NCBI GenBank assembly: GCA_964579845.1
Contig: CAZOHC010000001.1
Coordinates: forward strand, 27,196-91,195
Reading direction: 5' to 3'
DNA from: an uncultured Gammaproteobacteria bacterium
Lineage (GTDB): Bacteria > Patescibacteriota > Microgenomatia > Levybacterales > UBA12049
Length of the DNA: 64,000 bases
A program made the position numbers and the translations under genes. Under the pieces are notes generated by a model. It made no database searches and was not told where the DNA came from. It saw nothing but the letters and a program-made list of their open reading frames with translations. Shown here piece after piece: positions 18,688 to 28,478 of this stretch (position 1 is its first letter; the number at the start of each line of letters is the position of its first letter).

Positions 18688-19188
18688 ATGAATGCCTCTG
18701 ATAAAAAATCTCTCCAAAATCCGTTGCGGGTCACGACACTGACATTTCTCCTGCGGAACGATGAAATTCTCTTGGCGATGAAAAAACGAGGATTCGGAGA
18801 AGGGAAGTGGAACGGCATGGGAGGAAAGCCGATGATTGATGAGACCATTATCGATGCTGCGATCAGAGAGACTACGGAAGAAATCGGTGTGACACCGACG
18901 CAGTTAAAAAAAGTCGCAACCCTGAACTTTCATTTTCCCAAAAGGCCGGAATTTCAGGATTGGGATCAACAGGTTATTGTCTTCTTTGTCGACGAATGGG
19001 AAGGCGAACCGAAGGAAACGGAAGAAATGGCACCGAAGTGGTTTCCTATAGCAGCAATCCCGTTTTCTCAGATGTGGCCTGATGACATCCACTGGCTGCC
19101 TAAAGTCATCCAAGGTAACATTATCACCGGAGAGTTTCACTTTAATAAAGAGCTGCAGCTTGCATCTTTCTCGGTAACAGAAGAGTGA
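18688..19188 (+). CDS. NUDIX hydrolase (MutT-like)
   Basis: Nudix box GGKPMIDETIIDAAIRETTEEIGV; start at MNASDKK with TATAAT 6 nt upstream; stop TGA. Confidence 0.8.
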   Translation: MNASDKKSLQNPLRVTTLTFLLRNDEILLAMKKRGFGEGKWNGMGGKPMIDETIIDAAIRETTEEIGVTPTQLKKVATLNFHFPKRPEFQDWDQQVIVFFVDEWEGEPKETEEMAPKWFPIAAIPFSQMWPDDIHWLPKVIQGNIITGEFHFNKELQLASFSVTEE

Positions 19189-19199
19189 GAAAAAAGACA

Positions 19200-20345
19200 T
19201 TACTCATTTGACATCGGCGGTGTCGTCGGTGTTATCGTACAGTTGCCGATGGTTATCTCACATTGGACATACTCCTGAATCTCACTGAAATCTCCGTTTC
19301 CGGCCCGCGGGATAATAACCCACTGTCCTCTGAATTCGGCCCTCGGGAGCGGAGAGTCGAGAAGTCCTGCCCTATTTTCTGCTTCATTCCCTTCATCAAG
19401 CACGATACTTTTCATTTCAGCCTTTTCCATCTTACGGGCGAGCTTGATGAAGTCATCATACTCTTCTTGTTTTATGTCAGTATCAATGCTTCCTTCCAGA
19501 ACATTATAGAGGTTAACTAACTTAAGAGGGTTGAGAATCGTCCCCAGTGAAAACACTTTATTCCGCAGCGCACTGATCACTTTTTCTTGACGCTGTGATC
19601 TGGCAAAATCAGACCCCTCTATACCCGTTGCATGTCGTGAGCGGACAAAACGAAGCGCCGTTTCACCGTCCATGGACTGTTTGCCGGCATCAAAGTGAAG
19701 ATGCTCATAACGGCACGGGAATGCTTCCAGCTGCGATGAGGCTGTTGCCCGTTTTTCAAACTCTTCCCCTTCAAACCCGCAGGTGTCTGTCTCTTTCCCT
19801 GAGATCGGATACTCATAGTCATCAAACCCACGGGCGACGTCAACCTCTATGCCGCCTACCATATCAACTGCACGGACGAATCCGTTAAAATCTACTCGCA
19901 GAACATAGTCAACGGGCTGACCTAAAACCTTCTCTACAACAGCACGGGAAAGGGTGATTCCTCCTCCTTTTTGTTTGACCTCTGCATCAGAATACGCTCT
20001 GTTTATCTTTCCGTTTAAATCAGGGATCCAAAGATCCCGCGGGAGGGAGATGAGGGTGACCTTGTTTTGTTCCGGGTCAATGCTGGCATAAATTATTGTA
20101 TCAGTCAGTAACGGACCGTCATGTTTTCCGCCTCCGATGCCAAGCAACAAAATATTCACCCGTTCATCTTTTTTATCAACTTTTTCAAGCGCGATTTCTT
20201 GCTGGAAGAACAGCTCATAGAGGACAGGGATGTATGACCCGAAACGGTACAGCAACACGCCCATGATAATGAGAAATACCACGAAGAAAAAAAGTTTGAC
20301 TCTCTTTTTTCCGCGCTTTGATCCGTGAGTGGAAGTACTTTTCAT
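19200..20345 (-). CDS. LCP family (LytR-CpsA-Psr) cell-wall polymer transferase
   Basis: 381 aa; N-terminal TM then LCP core (ILLLGIGGG...TDTIIYASID...TLISLPRDLWIP). Confidence 0.85.
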   Translation of the reverse strand: MKSTSTHGSKRGKKRVKLFFFVVFLIIMGVLLYRFGSYIPVLYELFFQQEIALEKVDKKDERVNILLLGIGGGKHDGPLLTDTIIYASIDPEQNKVTLISLPRDLWIPDLNGKINRAYSDAEVKQKGGGITLSRAVVEKVLGQPVDYVLRVDFNGFVRAVDMVGGIEVDVARGFDDYEYPISGKETDTCGFEGEEFEKRATASSQLEAFPCRYEHLHFDAGKQSMDGETALRFVRSRHATGIEGSDFARSQRQEKVISALRNKVFSLGTILNPLKLVNLYNVLEGSIDTDIKQEEYDDFIKLARKMEKAEMKSIVLDEGNEAENRAGLLDSPLPRAEFRGQWVIIPRAGNGDFSEIQEYVQCEITIGNCTITPTTPPMSNE

Positions 20346-20348
20346 AAC

Positions 20349-21014
20349 TTATGCGTTTTTGACTAGGGAGAGAAAAGAATCTGCAGATAAACTCGCACCT
20401 CCGATAAGCGCACCGTCAATTGAGGATTGATTCGTAAAAGTCGCGATATTCTCAGGCTTGACACTTCCACCGTAGAGGACAACTTTTGCCTGCTTTTCCT
20501 GTTTTAAAAAGCGGGCAACTTCTTCCGCATTGTCCGGCGTATCAGGAGTTCCTGAACCGATTGCGAACACAGGCTCATAGGCAACGATCGCAACACCGTC
20601 CGGGATCATGGTTTCTTTCCCCTGAACACAGAAGATCACGTGCAATCCGGCATCATGTGCCCGAACGACCTTCTCTGCCAACATCTCATCTGTTTCATTG
20701 AAAAGTTTTCTTCTTTCAGAGTGACCGATAATCACATAGTCACACAGCTCACGTAATTGACCGGCTGTGACTTCACCCGTATAGGCTCCTTCTTCATAAG
20801 GAGAGCAATTCTGCGCACCTACACGGAGCGGGAGGGAGTTCCGGTCGATATAGTGCTTCATCTCTGACAGTGCAGAAAAAGGAGGACACACAACAGCTAT
20901 TTTCTCTTCTTCCTGTCCGGCAGGCCAGCTGCTGTTTACGGTTTCTTCAAGCCAGGCAAGAGACTGCTCAACAGTTTTATATGATTTCCAGTTTCCGATA
21001 ATATATTTCGCCAT
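20349..21014 (-). CDS. tpiA: triose-phosphate isomerase
   Basis: IIGNWKSYKT, IIGHSERRKLF, AYEPVFAIGSG; a short (221 aa) TIM. Confidence 0.85.
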   Translation of the reverse strand: MAKYIIGNWKSYKTVEQSLAWLEETVNSSWPAGQEEEKIAVVCPPFSALSEMKHYIDRNSLPLRVGAQNCSPYEEGAYTGEVTAGQLRELCDYVIIGHSERRKLFNETDEMLAEKVVRAHDAGLHVIFCVQGKETMIPDGVAIVAYEPVFAIGSGTPDTPDNAEEVARFLKQEKQAKVVLYGGSVKPENIATFTNQSSIDGALIGGASLSADSFLSLVKNA

Positions 21015-21116
21015 ATGCTACAATGAAGTTTACTTCCAGATTACTGCTCTTCACCACGTTGTCAGCTGAAACGATCTCAGCATGACATTTTTGAAGACGT
21101 AATGTCATTATAGTCT

Positions 21117-22961
21117 ATGGAAAATGCACTTCTCAAGCAGTTAAATAAGGATCAACAGGAAGCAGTACTTCACACCGACGGTCCTGCAATTATCCTTGCC
21201 GGCGCGGGAAGCGGTAAGACACGAGTACTGACCTATAAAGTTCTCTACCTCGTTTCAGAGAAGCAGATTAACCCTAATGCAATCCTCATGGTAACGTTTA
21301 CTAATAAAGCAGCACAGGAAATGCGCGAACGGATCACAACCTATTTCGCAGAACACAACATCAAAGCTTCAACCCAACCCTTTGTATCTACCTTTCACTC
21401 ACTCTGTGCACGCATACTCAGATTGGAAGGAAAACATATCGGACTTGGCCCTCAATTCGTAATCTATGATACATCTGACCAGATAGAAGCGATTAAGGAA
21501 GCAATGAGTCAGCTCCATATATCAGTGAAAGATTTTAAGCCTGCTTCTGTTCTGGCCACCATCTCAGGTGCGAAGAACGAACTGATCACGGATAAAGAGT
21601 ACCCTTCATTCGCACGAGGATATTTCCAAGAGACCGTCGCGAAAATATTTACCGTCTACCAAAAAATCCTGAAAGAAAATGATGCGCTGGACTTTGATGA
21701 TATCTTACTGAAAACAGTGAAGTTGTTTCAGAATAATGAGCAGGTACTTGAAAAATATCAGGAAATGTTCCGGTACATCATGATTGATGAGTACCAAGAT
21801 ACAAATAAAGTACAGTATGCGCTGACGAAATTACTCGCAAAAAAATATAATAATATCTGCGTTGTCGGTGATTTCTCACAAAGCATCTACTCCTGGCGCG
21901 GGGCTGATTTCCAAAACCTGGTTCGATTTAAACAGGATTTTGAGAATGTGCAGGAATTCTCCCTCTCTCAGAATTACCGCTCCACACAGAAAATTCTTGA
22001 TGCAGCTTCATCTGTCATCGCCAGAAATAAATCGCACCCTGTGCTCAAGCTCTGGACCGAGAATCCGTCGGGTGAAGAACTTCAGCTCTATGAAGCAAAA
22101 AATGAGCAAGATGAAGCGGAGTTTATCGTCCGGATGATCAGCCACCTCGGTATCCAGGACTTAAGTAAGGTCGCGATTCTTTACCGAACCAATGCACAGT
22201 CACGAGTCATCGAGGAAGTCTTTCTGCACTTTGCCATTCCGTATCTCTTAATCGGTGGCACCAGATTCTATGAGCGAAAAGAGATTAAAGATGTTATCTC
22301 ATACCTCAGACATCTGAACAACCCGAAAGACAGTATCTCACTTAAGCGGATTGAGAAATTGGGGAAGGGGAGGCTACAAAAATATTTTACCTTTCAAGAA
22401 AACAATGATCTGACGAATGTTGCAACGATTGATGTCCTCGACCGGGTTCTTCATGCGACTGACTACCTCTCGCTCTACGACGAAGACGATGAGGAAGATC
22501 GAGCCCGGCTTGAAAACATTAAAGAACTTCGATCTGTTGCACTGGCATACCCTGACCTGACTGAGTTTTTGGAAAATATCACGCTGGTCGAACAAGAGGC
22601 ACTGAACCAGGATACGAACAGACGGAAAAACGGGGTGACACTCATGACACTCCATGCTGCCAAAGGACTGGAATTCCCGGTTGTCTTCATGATCGGTATG
22701 GAAGAAGGTGTTTTCCCTCATGCCAGGTCACTCATGGATAGGTCAGAGCTTGAAGAGGAACGAAGACTCTGCTATGTCGGCATGACCCGTGCCAGGGAAA
22801 AATTATTCTTAACATATGCACGACGGAGACTTTTTTTCGGACAACGGGCGTCAAATACAACCTCACGGTTCTTGCTAGAGATCCCTGAACACGTCATTGC
22901 AAAAAGTCGAAATGCACTCAGTCTTGAAAAAACAGATGCATCATCAACCGATTTTTTTTAG
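21117..22961 (+). CDS. pcrA: ATP-dependent DNA helicase, UvrD/PcrA/Rep family
   Basis: 614 aa; Walker A AGAGSGKTRVL; motifs DEYQDTN, YRS, TLHAAKGLEFPVVF, VGMTRAR. Confidence 0.9.
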   Translation: MENALLKQLNKDQQEAVLHTDGPAIILAGAGSGKTRVLTYKVLYLVSEKQINPNAILMVTFTNKAAQEMRERITTYFAEHNIKASTQPFVSTFHSLCARILRLEGKHIGLGPQFVIYDTSDQIEAIKEAMSQLHISVKDFKPASVLATISGAKNELITDKEYPSFARGYFQETVAKIFTVYQKILKENDALDFDDILLKTVKLFQNNEQVLEKYQEMFRYIMIDEYQDTNKVQYALTKLLAKKYNNICVVGDFSQSIYSWRGADFQNLVRFKQDFENVQEFSLSQNYRSTQKILDAASSVIARNKSHPVLKLWTENPSGEELQLYEAKNEQDEAEFIVRMISHLGIQDLSKVAILYRTNAQSRVIEEVFLHFAIPYLLIGGTRFYERKEIKDVISYLRHLNNPKDSISLKRIEKLGKGRLQKYFTFQENNDLTNVATIDVLDRVLHATDYLSLYDEDDEEDRARLENIKELRSVALAYPDLTEFLENITLVEQEALNQDTNRRKNGVTLMTLHAAKGLEFPVVFMIGMEEGVFPHARSLMDRSELEEERRLCYVGMTRAREKLFLTYARRRLFFGQRASNTTSRFLLEIPEHVIAKSRNALSLEKTDASSTDFF

Positions 22962-22982
22962 CATTTCCGCTATACTCTAATC

Positions 22983-23474
22983 ATGGAGCAAGAATCAGTA
23001 TCGTCGCCTGAAGCGACAGAACCAGGACCCGAACGTGCACGTTCACGGACACCCCGGTCGCTTATCGTCATGCTTTTGCTCATCCTTCCTCCGCTTGCCT
23101 GGTTTCTGATGTGGCGGGATAAAACATACCATCATTGGTTCGGGAAAATTCTTCTCGTTTCAGCAGGAATTTCACTCGCGTTTCTGGGATTTTTTTATAT
23201 CTTCGTTTATCTACGGATCGGAGAGCTGTATCAGTCACTCGGACTTCCGACTGCGAATGAGACGCTGGCTGTGAGTGCAATCGGCATTGGTATCTTCCTG
23301 ACACTGCTTGAAATTTTCTATGCATGGTATGTGTACCGCATGACAAAAAATGGCTACCTGACACCGTTTCAACTTCTGGTAACGATCATATTTCTTCTCC
23401 TAAATAGTTATCTCACCATGATCGGCCCGCTCATCGTGCTTCGGTCCATCTATCGACTTGTTGGTTCGTTGTAG
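22983..23474 (+). CDS. hypothetical membrane protein (4 TM)
   Basis: 163 aa; hydrophobic helices; no recognisable motif. Confidence 0.45.
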   Translation: MEQESVSSPEATEPGPERARSRTPRSLIVMLLLILPPLAWFLMWRDKTYHHWFGKILLVSAGISLAFLGFFYIFVYLRIGELYQSLGLPTANETLAVSAIGIGIFLTLLEIFYAWYVYRMTKNGYLTPFQLLVTIIFLLLNSYLTMIGPLIVLRSIYRLVGSL

Positions 23475-23516
23475 GCTCCTCTTTCAGGAAATCTCCGAAT
23501 CAACTACAATAACATC

Positions 23517-24548
23517 ATGCGTTTTGAATCAATCCTCCCGAATCAAAAGTCAGCCTATAACAGTATCGTCTCCCATCCGCTCCAAGCATACGAATGGGGG
23601 GAGTTCCGGGAAAAAACAGGGGTTAAAGTTATCAGAAAGGGAGTTTTCGATGGCGAGAAACTTATCGACGGATTTCAGCTCACGATTCATCCTGTTCCGA
23701 AAACGAACTTCACCATCGGCTATCTACCGAAAGGAAATCGTCCGAGTAGGGAAGTCCTAGCAGAACTGCAAAAGATCGGAAAAAAAGAAAACTGTATCTT
23801 TATTCAATTGGAGCCAAACATACGAGAAAATTCGAAATTCGAAATTCGAAATTCGAAATTCCGGCTGCAGCCGGCCGCACATCCGCTTTTTACCAAATAT
23901 ACTTTTGTCCTCGATTTGACGAAGTCTGAGGAGGATTTACTCAAGCAGATGCATGCGAAAACCAGATATAACATACGGGTCGCGACACGACACGGGGTGA
24001 CTGTTCAGGAGGAGAAAACACCTGAGGCATTCGAAAGATACTGGCACCTGACTGAAGAGACGACTAAGCGACAAAAATTCTATGCACACACGAAAAATTA
24101 CCATGAACTGCAATGGGAGGTTTTACAACAAGCCAAAGACCGCGAGCCGAAAGCGAAAAACGCTTTGACGTCCCACTTACTGACAGCACGATATGAAGGG
24201 AAAATTCTTACCACCATGCTGTTCTTTGTATTTAAAGACACGCTCTACTATCCGTACGGTGCTTCGAGTAATGAAGCCCGAAACACGATGCATTCAGTTC
24301 TCACGATGTGGGAGGGAATTCGTTTCGGAAAAAAGCTTGGACTGAAATCATTTGATATGTGGGGAAGTCTCGCTGAGAATCCTGACCCGAAAGACCCATG
24401 GTACGGTTTTCATCGCTTTAAACAGGGTTTCGGTCCAGAACTTGTGGAGTTCGTCGGGAGCTATGATCTGGTGATACATCCACTCGCGTATCAGGGATAC
24501 AAAATCGCGGATAAACTTCGATGGTTGTACCTGAGGATAAAAAAATAA
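23517..24548 (+). CDS. FemAB-family aminoacyltransferase (peptidoglycan interpeptide-bridge formation)
   Basis: 343 aa; FemAB/GNAT-fold blocks (MHAKTRYNIRVATRHGV, LLTARYEGKILTTMLFFVFKDTLYYPYGAS). Confidence 0.7.
   Translation: MRFESILPNQKSAYNSIVSHPLQAYEWGEFREKTGVKVIRKGVFDGEKLIDGFQLTIHPVPKTNFTIGYLPKGNRPSREVLAELQKIGKKENCIFIQLEPNIRENSKFEIRNSKFRLQPAAHPLFTKYTFVLDLTKSEEDLLKQMHAKTRYNIRVATRHGVTVQEEKTPEAFERYWHLTEETTKRQKFYAHTKNYHELQWEVLQQAKDREPKAKNALTSHLLTARYEGKILTTMLFFVFKDTLYYPYGASSNEARNTMHSVLTMWEGIRFGKKLGLKSFDMWGSLAENPDPKDPWYGFHRFKQGFGPELVEFVGSYDLVIHPLAYQGYKIADKLRWLYLRIKK
23826..23861 (+). repeat. heptanucleotide tandem repeat (TTCGAAA/GAAATTC) x about 4.7 inside the FemAB-like CDS
   Basis: gaaaattcgaaattcgaaattcgaaattcgaaattcc, encoding ENSKFEIRNSKF; a 7-nt unit within a coding frame. 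Confidence 0.8.
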
Positions 24549-24620
24549 ATTTCTAATGACGAATTACTACTTTCTAATCAATGCTCACTTTCCAATGTCT
24601 CATTTCATTCATGGGATTTT

Positions 24621-24647
24621 ATTAGAAATTAGATATTAGAAATTAGA
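24621..24647 (+). repeat. tandem 13-nt direct repeat ATTAGAAATTAGA x2, with two upstream inverted TTTCTAAT copies, immediately 5' of the 24655 gene
   Basis: attagaaattaga t attagaaattaga at 24621-24647; TTTCTAAT at 24550-24557 and 24571-24578; ATG at 24655. Confidence 0.6.
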
Positions 24648-24654
24648 CATTCAT

Positions 24655-26100
24655 ATGAACCGTTATTTGCCTTTTTTACTGCTTGCTGCGTGCTTTTTAC
24701 TCCTCAAACTCTCGAATCTCGGCATTCGTCTTTCTGATAAGAATATCTATTTCTACACCGGCCTGCAGCTTCTTAAAGGAAATATGCTGTATAAAGATGT
24801 TTTTTTTACTAACTTTCCGCTATTTCCGTATGTCTCAAGTCTGTATGTTCTGCTGAGTTTTAAGCAGTTGCCACTTTTCTTCTTTACAGCAGTTATCGAG
24901 GCATCACTCGTCGGATTTCTGCTCTATTCCATCATTCTCAAGCAGACGAAACATATGCTCACCGCGACACTTTCTGCAATGGTGTACCTATTCTCCTTTA
25001 TGATTCTCTCGACCACGGACCACCAGACAGGCGTCTTTCTCGCCTCAGTTTTTGCGGTCGCGAGCTATTATTTTTATACTGAAAAGAAGTATCTGCTCAC
25101 TGGCATATGTGTCGCACTGGCATTACTAACCAAGGCATATTTTCTGCCGGTCTTTCTGACATACATATTTGTTCTTTTGTTCAAACAGAATAGGGGAGAG
25201 GATTCAGAAAAAAATGTCCGTAATCCTGAACGTAGTGATGGATCACTAGGAAACAGATCCCTCGTCTCTACTCAGAATGACAGACTTGGGTTTTTTATCG
25301 GGTTTACGGTAACATTGCTCCTCGTACTTCTTCCGTCGCTCTTCTTTGCACCATCTGATTTCTTCCATAATGTCTTTGAGTATTCATTAACTCGCTCACA
25401 GGGCATAGGGAAAGGAAATCTTCTCTGGTTTTTTATTACCCATGATCTGCTGCTTTTTACCGCGTTCATCTACTCACTGATCTCGATTCGCAAACACCTG
25501 TTCTTAGGAATTTTCTCGATTTTTTCGTTGCTTTTTATCTTCCTATATCAGGATATCTACTATCTCTATCTGAACTTCATGCTCCCTTTCCTCGTACTCT
25601 CTTTTGCTAACCTCTACCGGGATCTGGAACAAAAAATCAGTATGCAGAAAATGATAATCCCGACTATTATCATAATATTTCTTCTGATCAATTTAGGGAT
25701 CTATATTTCAGGATATAGAAATCTCCAGAAGATTGAGAACATAGAACACCTCACCACGGCGATAGAAGAGAACAACCCACCCGCACTCTACGGAATAAAT
25801 TCACTGACGCCAGCCCTCGCATATTTGACAGCCACACCGCTGCTTAACAGTACAGTCGATACGAATCCGAACATCTATCGGAAAGGATTTCTAAGCGCAG
25901 AGACTATGACGAGGGATGCGATAGATCAAGGCGCACTCTTTGTAACACAGGGACTCTTCTATCCCGAGTTCGGGGTTGAACAACCGGTGACAGATGAGAT
26001 CTTTGACATGGAGCAAATGGGAAACTGCCGACTCATGCAAAGTATCCCGATTCAAAACGAAGGCCCACAGAATAGGATCAACCTGGTCCAGTGTAAATAG
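24655..26100 (+). CDS. polytopic membrane protein, probable third GT-C (ArnT/PMT-like) glycosyltransferase
   Basis: 481 aa; first loop SDKNIYFYTGLQLLKGNMLYKDVFFTNFPLFPY resembles the ArnT/PMT loop-1 pattern (DE.RY...G.W..P.....PYF.KPP). Confidence 0.5.
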   Translation: MNRYLPFLLLAACFLLLKLSNLGIRLSDKNIYFYTGLQLLKGNMLYKDVFFTNFPLFPYVSSLYVLLSFKQLPLFFFTAVIEASLVGFLLYSIILKQTKHMLTATLSAMVYLFSFMILSTTDHQTGVFLASVFAVASYYFYTEKKYLLTGICVALALLTKAYFLPVFLTYIFVLLFKQNRGEDSEKNVRNPERSDGSLGNRSLVSTQNDRLGFFIGFTVTLLLVLLPSLFFAPSDFFHNVFEYSLTRSQGIGKGNLLWFFITHDLLLFTAFIYSLISIRKHLFLGIFSIFSLLFIFLYQDIYYLYLNFMLPFLVLSFANLYRDLEQKISMQKMIIPTIIIIFLLINLGIYISGYRNLQKIENIEHLTTAIEENNPPALYGINSLTPALAYLTATPLLNSTVDTNPNIYRKGFLSAETMTRDAIDQGALFVTQGLFYPEFGVEQPVTDEIFDMEQMGNCRLMQSIPIQNEGPQNRINLVQCK

Positions 26101-26265
26101 CCACCCCGTATACTAAAAAGGAAGAGCTCCAAGCATCTCAAATATTTCTGAATTGAATCCAGCTTCTAGATTCTATGAAGCAATAGAAAAGCATTAATCA
26201 TGTTTGAAGCTATTTAATTTTCATTTCTACTATCACAGTATATTAAAATCGTATATAATCTCGAT

Positions 26266-26922
26266 ATGATCGATGTTGCTGAGTTTCAGGATAGATCAAT
26301 CGAAAAGAGCCAAAGAGTCGCGTCGATTAATCGTTCATTTAAAGAAGGGCAAGATGCATTAGATATTTCAGAGTCTTTAAAAGCTATCGAAAAACCAATT
26401 CTAGTTGATTTTAATAATGTACTTTTCAATAATAGATCACCATATGTACCTAATCCAGAGGCGGGAACATTTCTTCACGAGCTACAATCTATTGGTGATG
26501 TGATTATTGCAACTACATCAAGGGACTGGGATGGCGTGCAAGGATTATTACAAAGAGCAGGAATGTGGAGTGACAACATAGTCCTAATGACGGCTTCAAA
26601 TTATGAGTCTACCAGACTCAATGAAGAGTTACTGAATGAATTTCTCCAAAAAAGAGATTTACCCGTTATAGGGAAGAGATTCTATGATATATCCCCGGGA
26701 GGTAAGCCTCTTTCGCCACTCTTCGATAAATCTTTTGATATACCATTATTGGATGACGACAGTGTTGCAGAACATCCTTTTCCGGGATTACTTGGGGTAA
26801 AGATTCGTCCTTTTTTCGCCACTGAGGAAGAAGGAGCATTCAGAGGAGATCAAGAACGAGGAAAATCACTCTCAGAAGCAGTCGAAATAGTTAGAAACCA
26901 TTACTCGACGATTTCAAAGTAA
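26266..26922 (+). CDS. hypothetical protein with HAD-like motifs, in an AT-rich (about 38-40% GC) segment
   Basis: 218 aa; ILVDFNNVLF (motif I-like), IIATTSRDW, LLDDD; markedly lower GC than its neighbours; TATAAT 6 nt upstream of the ATG. Confidence 0.45.
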   Translation: MIDVAEFQDRSIEKSQRVASINRSFKEGQDALDISESLKAIEKPILVDFNNVLFNNRSPYVPNPEAGTFLHELQSIGDVIIATTSRDWDGVQGLLQRAGMWSDNIVLMTASNYESTRLNEELLNEFLQKRDLPVIGKRFYDISPGGKPLSPLFDKSFDIPLLDDDSVAEHPFPGLLGVKIRPFFATEEEGAFRGDQERGKSLSEAVEIVRNHYSTISK

Positions 26923-26993
26923 TAATTCTAGAGCGTGTGACCCAGAGGAAATTCGAAACAGAATAAATACCTTCTTAATTTGAATATCTGAGG

Positions 26994-27604
26994 TTATTTC
27001 GAGGCTTCTTCGAGGCGGCGGGCTACTTCTTCCCAATTAATGACATTAAACCATGCCTCAACGTACTCAGGGCGTTTGTTTTGGTATTTCAGATAGTATG
27101 CATGCTCCCAGACATCGATACCCAGAATCGGATGCTTGCCCTCCATGACAGGGGTATCCTGGTTCGGAGTGGTGACAATCTTCAGACCGTCTCCATCTGT
27201 AATAACCCAAGCCCAACCACTGCCGAAGACGCCAAGTGCTGCTTTGGTAAATTCTTCCTTAAATTGATCGAATCCGCCGAACTGATTCCCGATTTTATCA
27301 CCGATCGTGCCTTTGGGTGTTGTATCCACACCGGGTGCCATCATCGTCCAGAACAGGGTATGATTCGCATGGCCACCACCGTTATTTCGTACTTTGGTTC
27401 TGACATCTTCAGGGACTTTATCAAGGTTTTGAATGAGGTCGTTGATGTCCATGTTCAGTAATTCATCATGGCCTGATAAGGCATCGTTGACGTTTTTTAC
27501 ATACGTCGCATGGTGCTTACTGTGATGCAACCGCATGGTTGTCTCATCGACCCATGGTTCAAGTGCGCTGTAGTCATAACTGAGATCGGGGAGTGTGAAC
27601 ATCG
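26994..27604 (-). CDS. sodA: Fe/Mn superoxide dismutase
   Basis: MFTLPDLSYDYSALEPWVDETTMRLHHSKHHATYV...DVWEHAYY; SD AGGAGA; start at internal ATG 27604. Confidence 0.9.
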
Positions 27605-27709
27605 TGTCTCCTAGACTACACCTGTTCTGGAATTTAGTCAAGCAAGAACTTTCTTACAATGCAGTATGTCATTCTGGAACGGAGTAATAATGAAGCGAGA
27701 ATGGAGCAT

Positions 27710-28339
27710 TTATTCAGGAATACCGGCCAGCGTGTTCGCGAGTTTGTCTGCTCGGTTGTTATTCACGTCATCTGCGTGTCCTGCAACTTTTTCATACTGA
27801 ACCTCAAGATCATGGTCGGTAATCAGATTGTGAATTTTTTCAAAGATTTCGCGGTTCGCGATTACTTTATGAACAGGCTTTGACAAACTGTGAATACTGA
27901 TTTGGCTGTCTGTATAAATTTTTATCCGTTTATGCTTGTTCTGAGTAGCCCAGCGCAAGGCATTGTAGATCGCATATGCCTCAGCAGTATTATTGGTCTG
28001 TTTTCCCTCAACAATGCCGCTTGCTTCATGCGCACCTGAGACAAACGCCCAGGCTGCAACCGCATGATCAGTCCCGTTGCCGCGACAGGCGCCGTCAGTC
28101 CAGATATGGACATCAACATCATCTGTTGAAGACTTCATATCTGTGAAGAGATTCTTATGATTATTTATAACTTTAAATTTGTCATTATGGTACATTTTTC
28201 GGCATTTCGGGCAGAAATAATACGCGGTATAGTAATACGCTTTTTGCAATTGTTCAGGAGTTCTTTTGGTTGCTTTCCTGAGGAGGGGAGTGCCGCATGT
28301 TTTACAAGTCATAAGCTGAATTTCTGAATACTCAGACAA
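27710..28339 (-). CDS. rnhA: ribonuclease HI with an N-terminal CxxC...CxxC zinc-ribbon extension
   Basis: RNase H catalytic blocks WTDGACRGNG, NNTAEAYAIYNAL, IYTDSQ, KVAGHADDVNNNRADKLA, preceded by CKTCG...CPKC. The track start is a TTG; an ATG (MTCKTCG) lies 9 codons inside. Confidence 0.85.
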   Translation of the reverse strand: MSEYSEIQLMTCKTCGTPLLRKATKRTPEQLQKAYYYTAYYFCPKCRKMYHNDKFKVINNHKNLFTDMKSSTDDVDVHIWTDGACRGNGTDHAVAAWAFVSGAHEASGIVEGKQTNNTAEAYAIYNALRWATQNKHKRIKIYTDSQISIHSLSKPVHKVIANREIFEKIHNLITDHDLEVQYEKVAGHADDVNNNRADKLANTLAGIPE

Positions 28340-28478
28340 CTCAGTGTCTCAAAAGTTATTGATATATCGGAAAAATTCAGAAGTATCAGTATCAAATAGT
28401 CTGAAACTCTGACTTTCTGAAACACCGACTGCCGACATGCAGATCTGAATATCCTGAGTTTTCTGAAGTACAAAAGTA

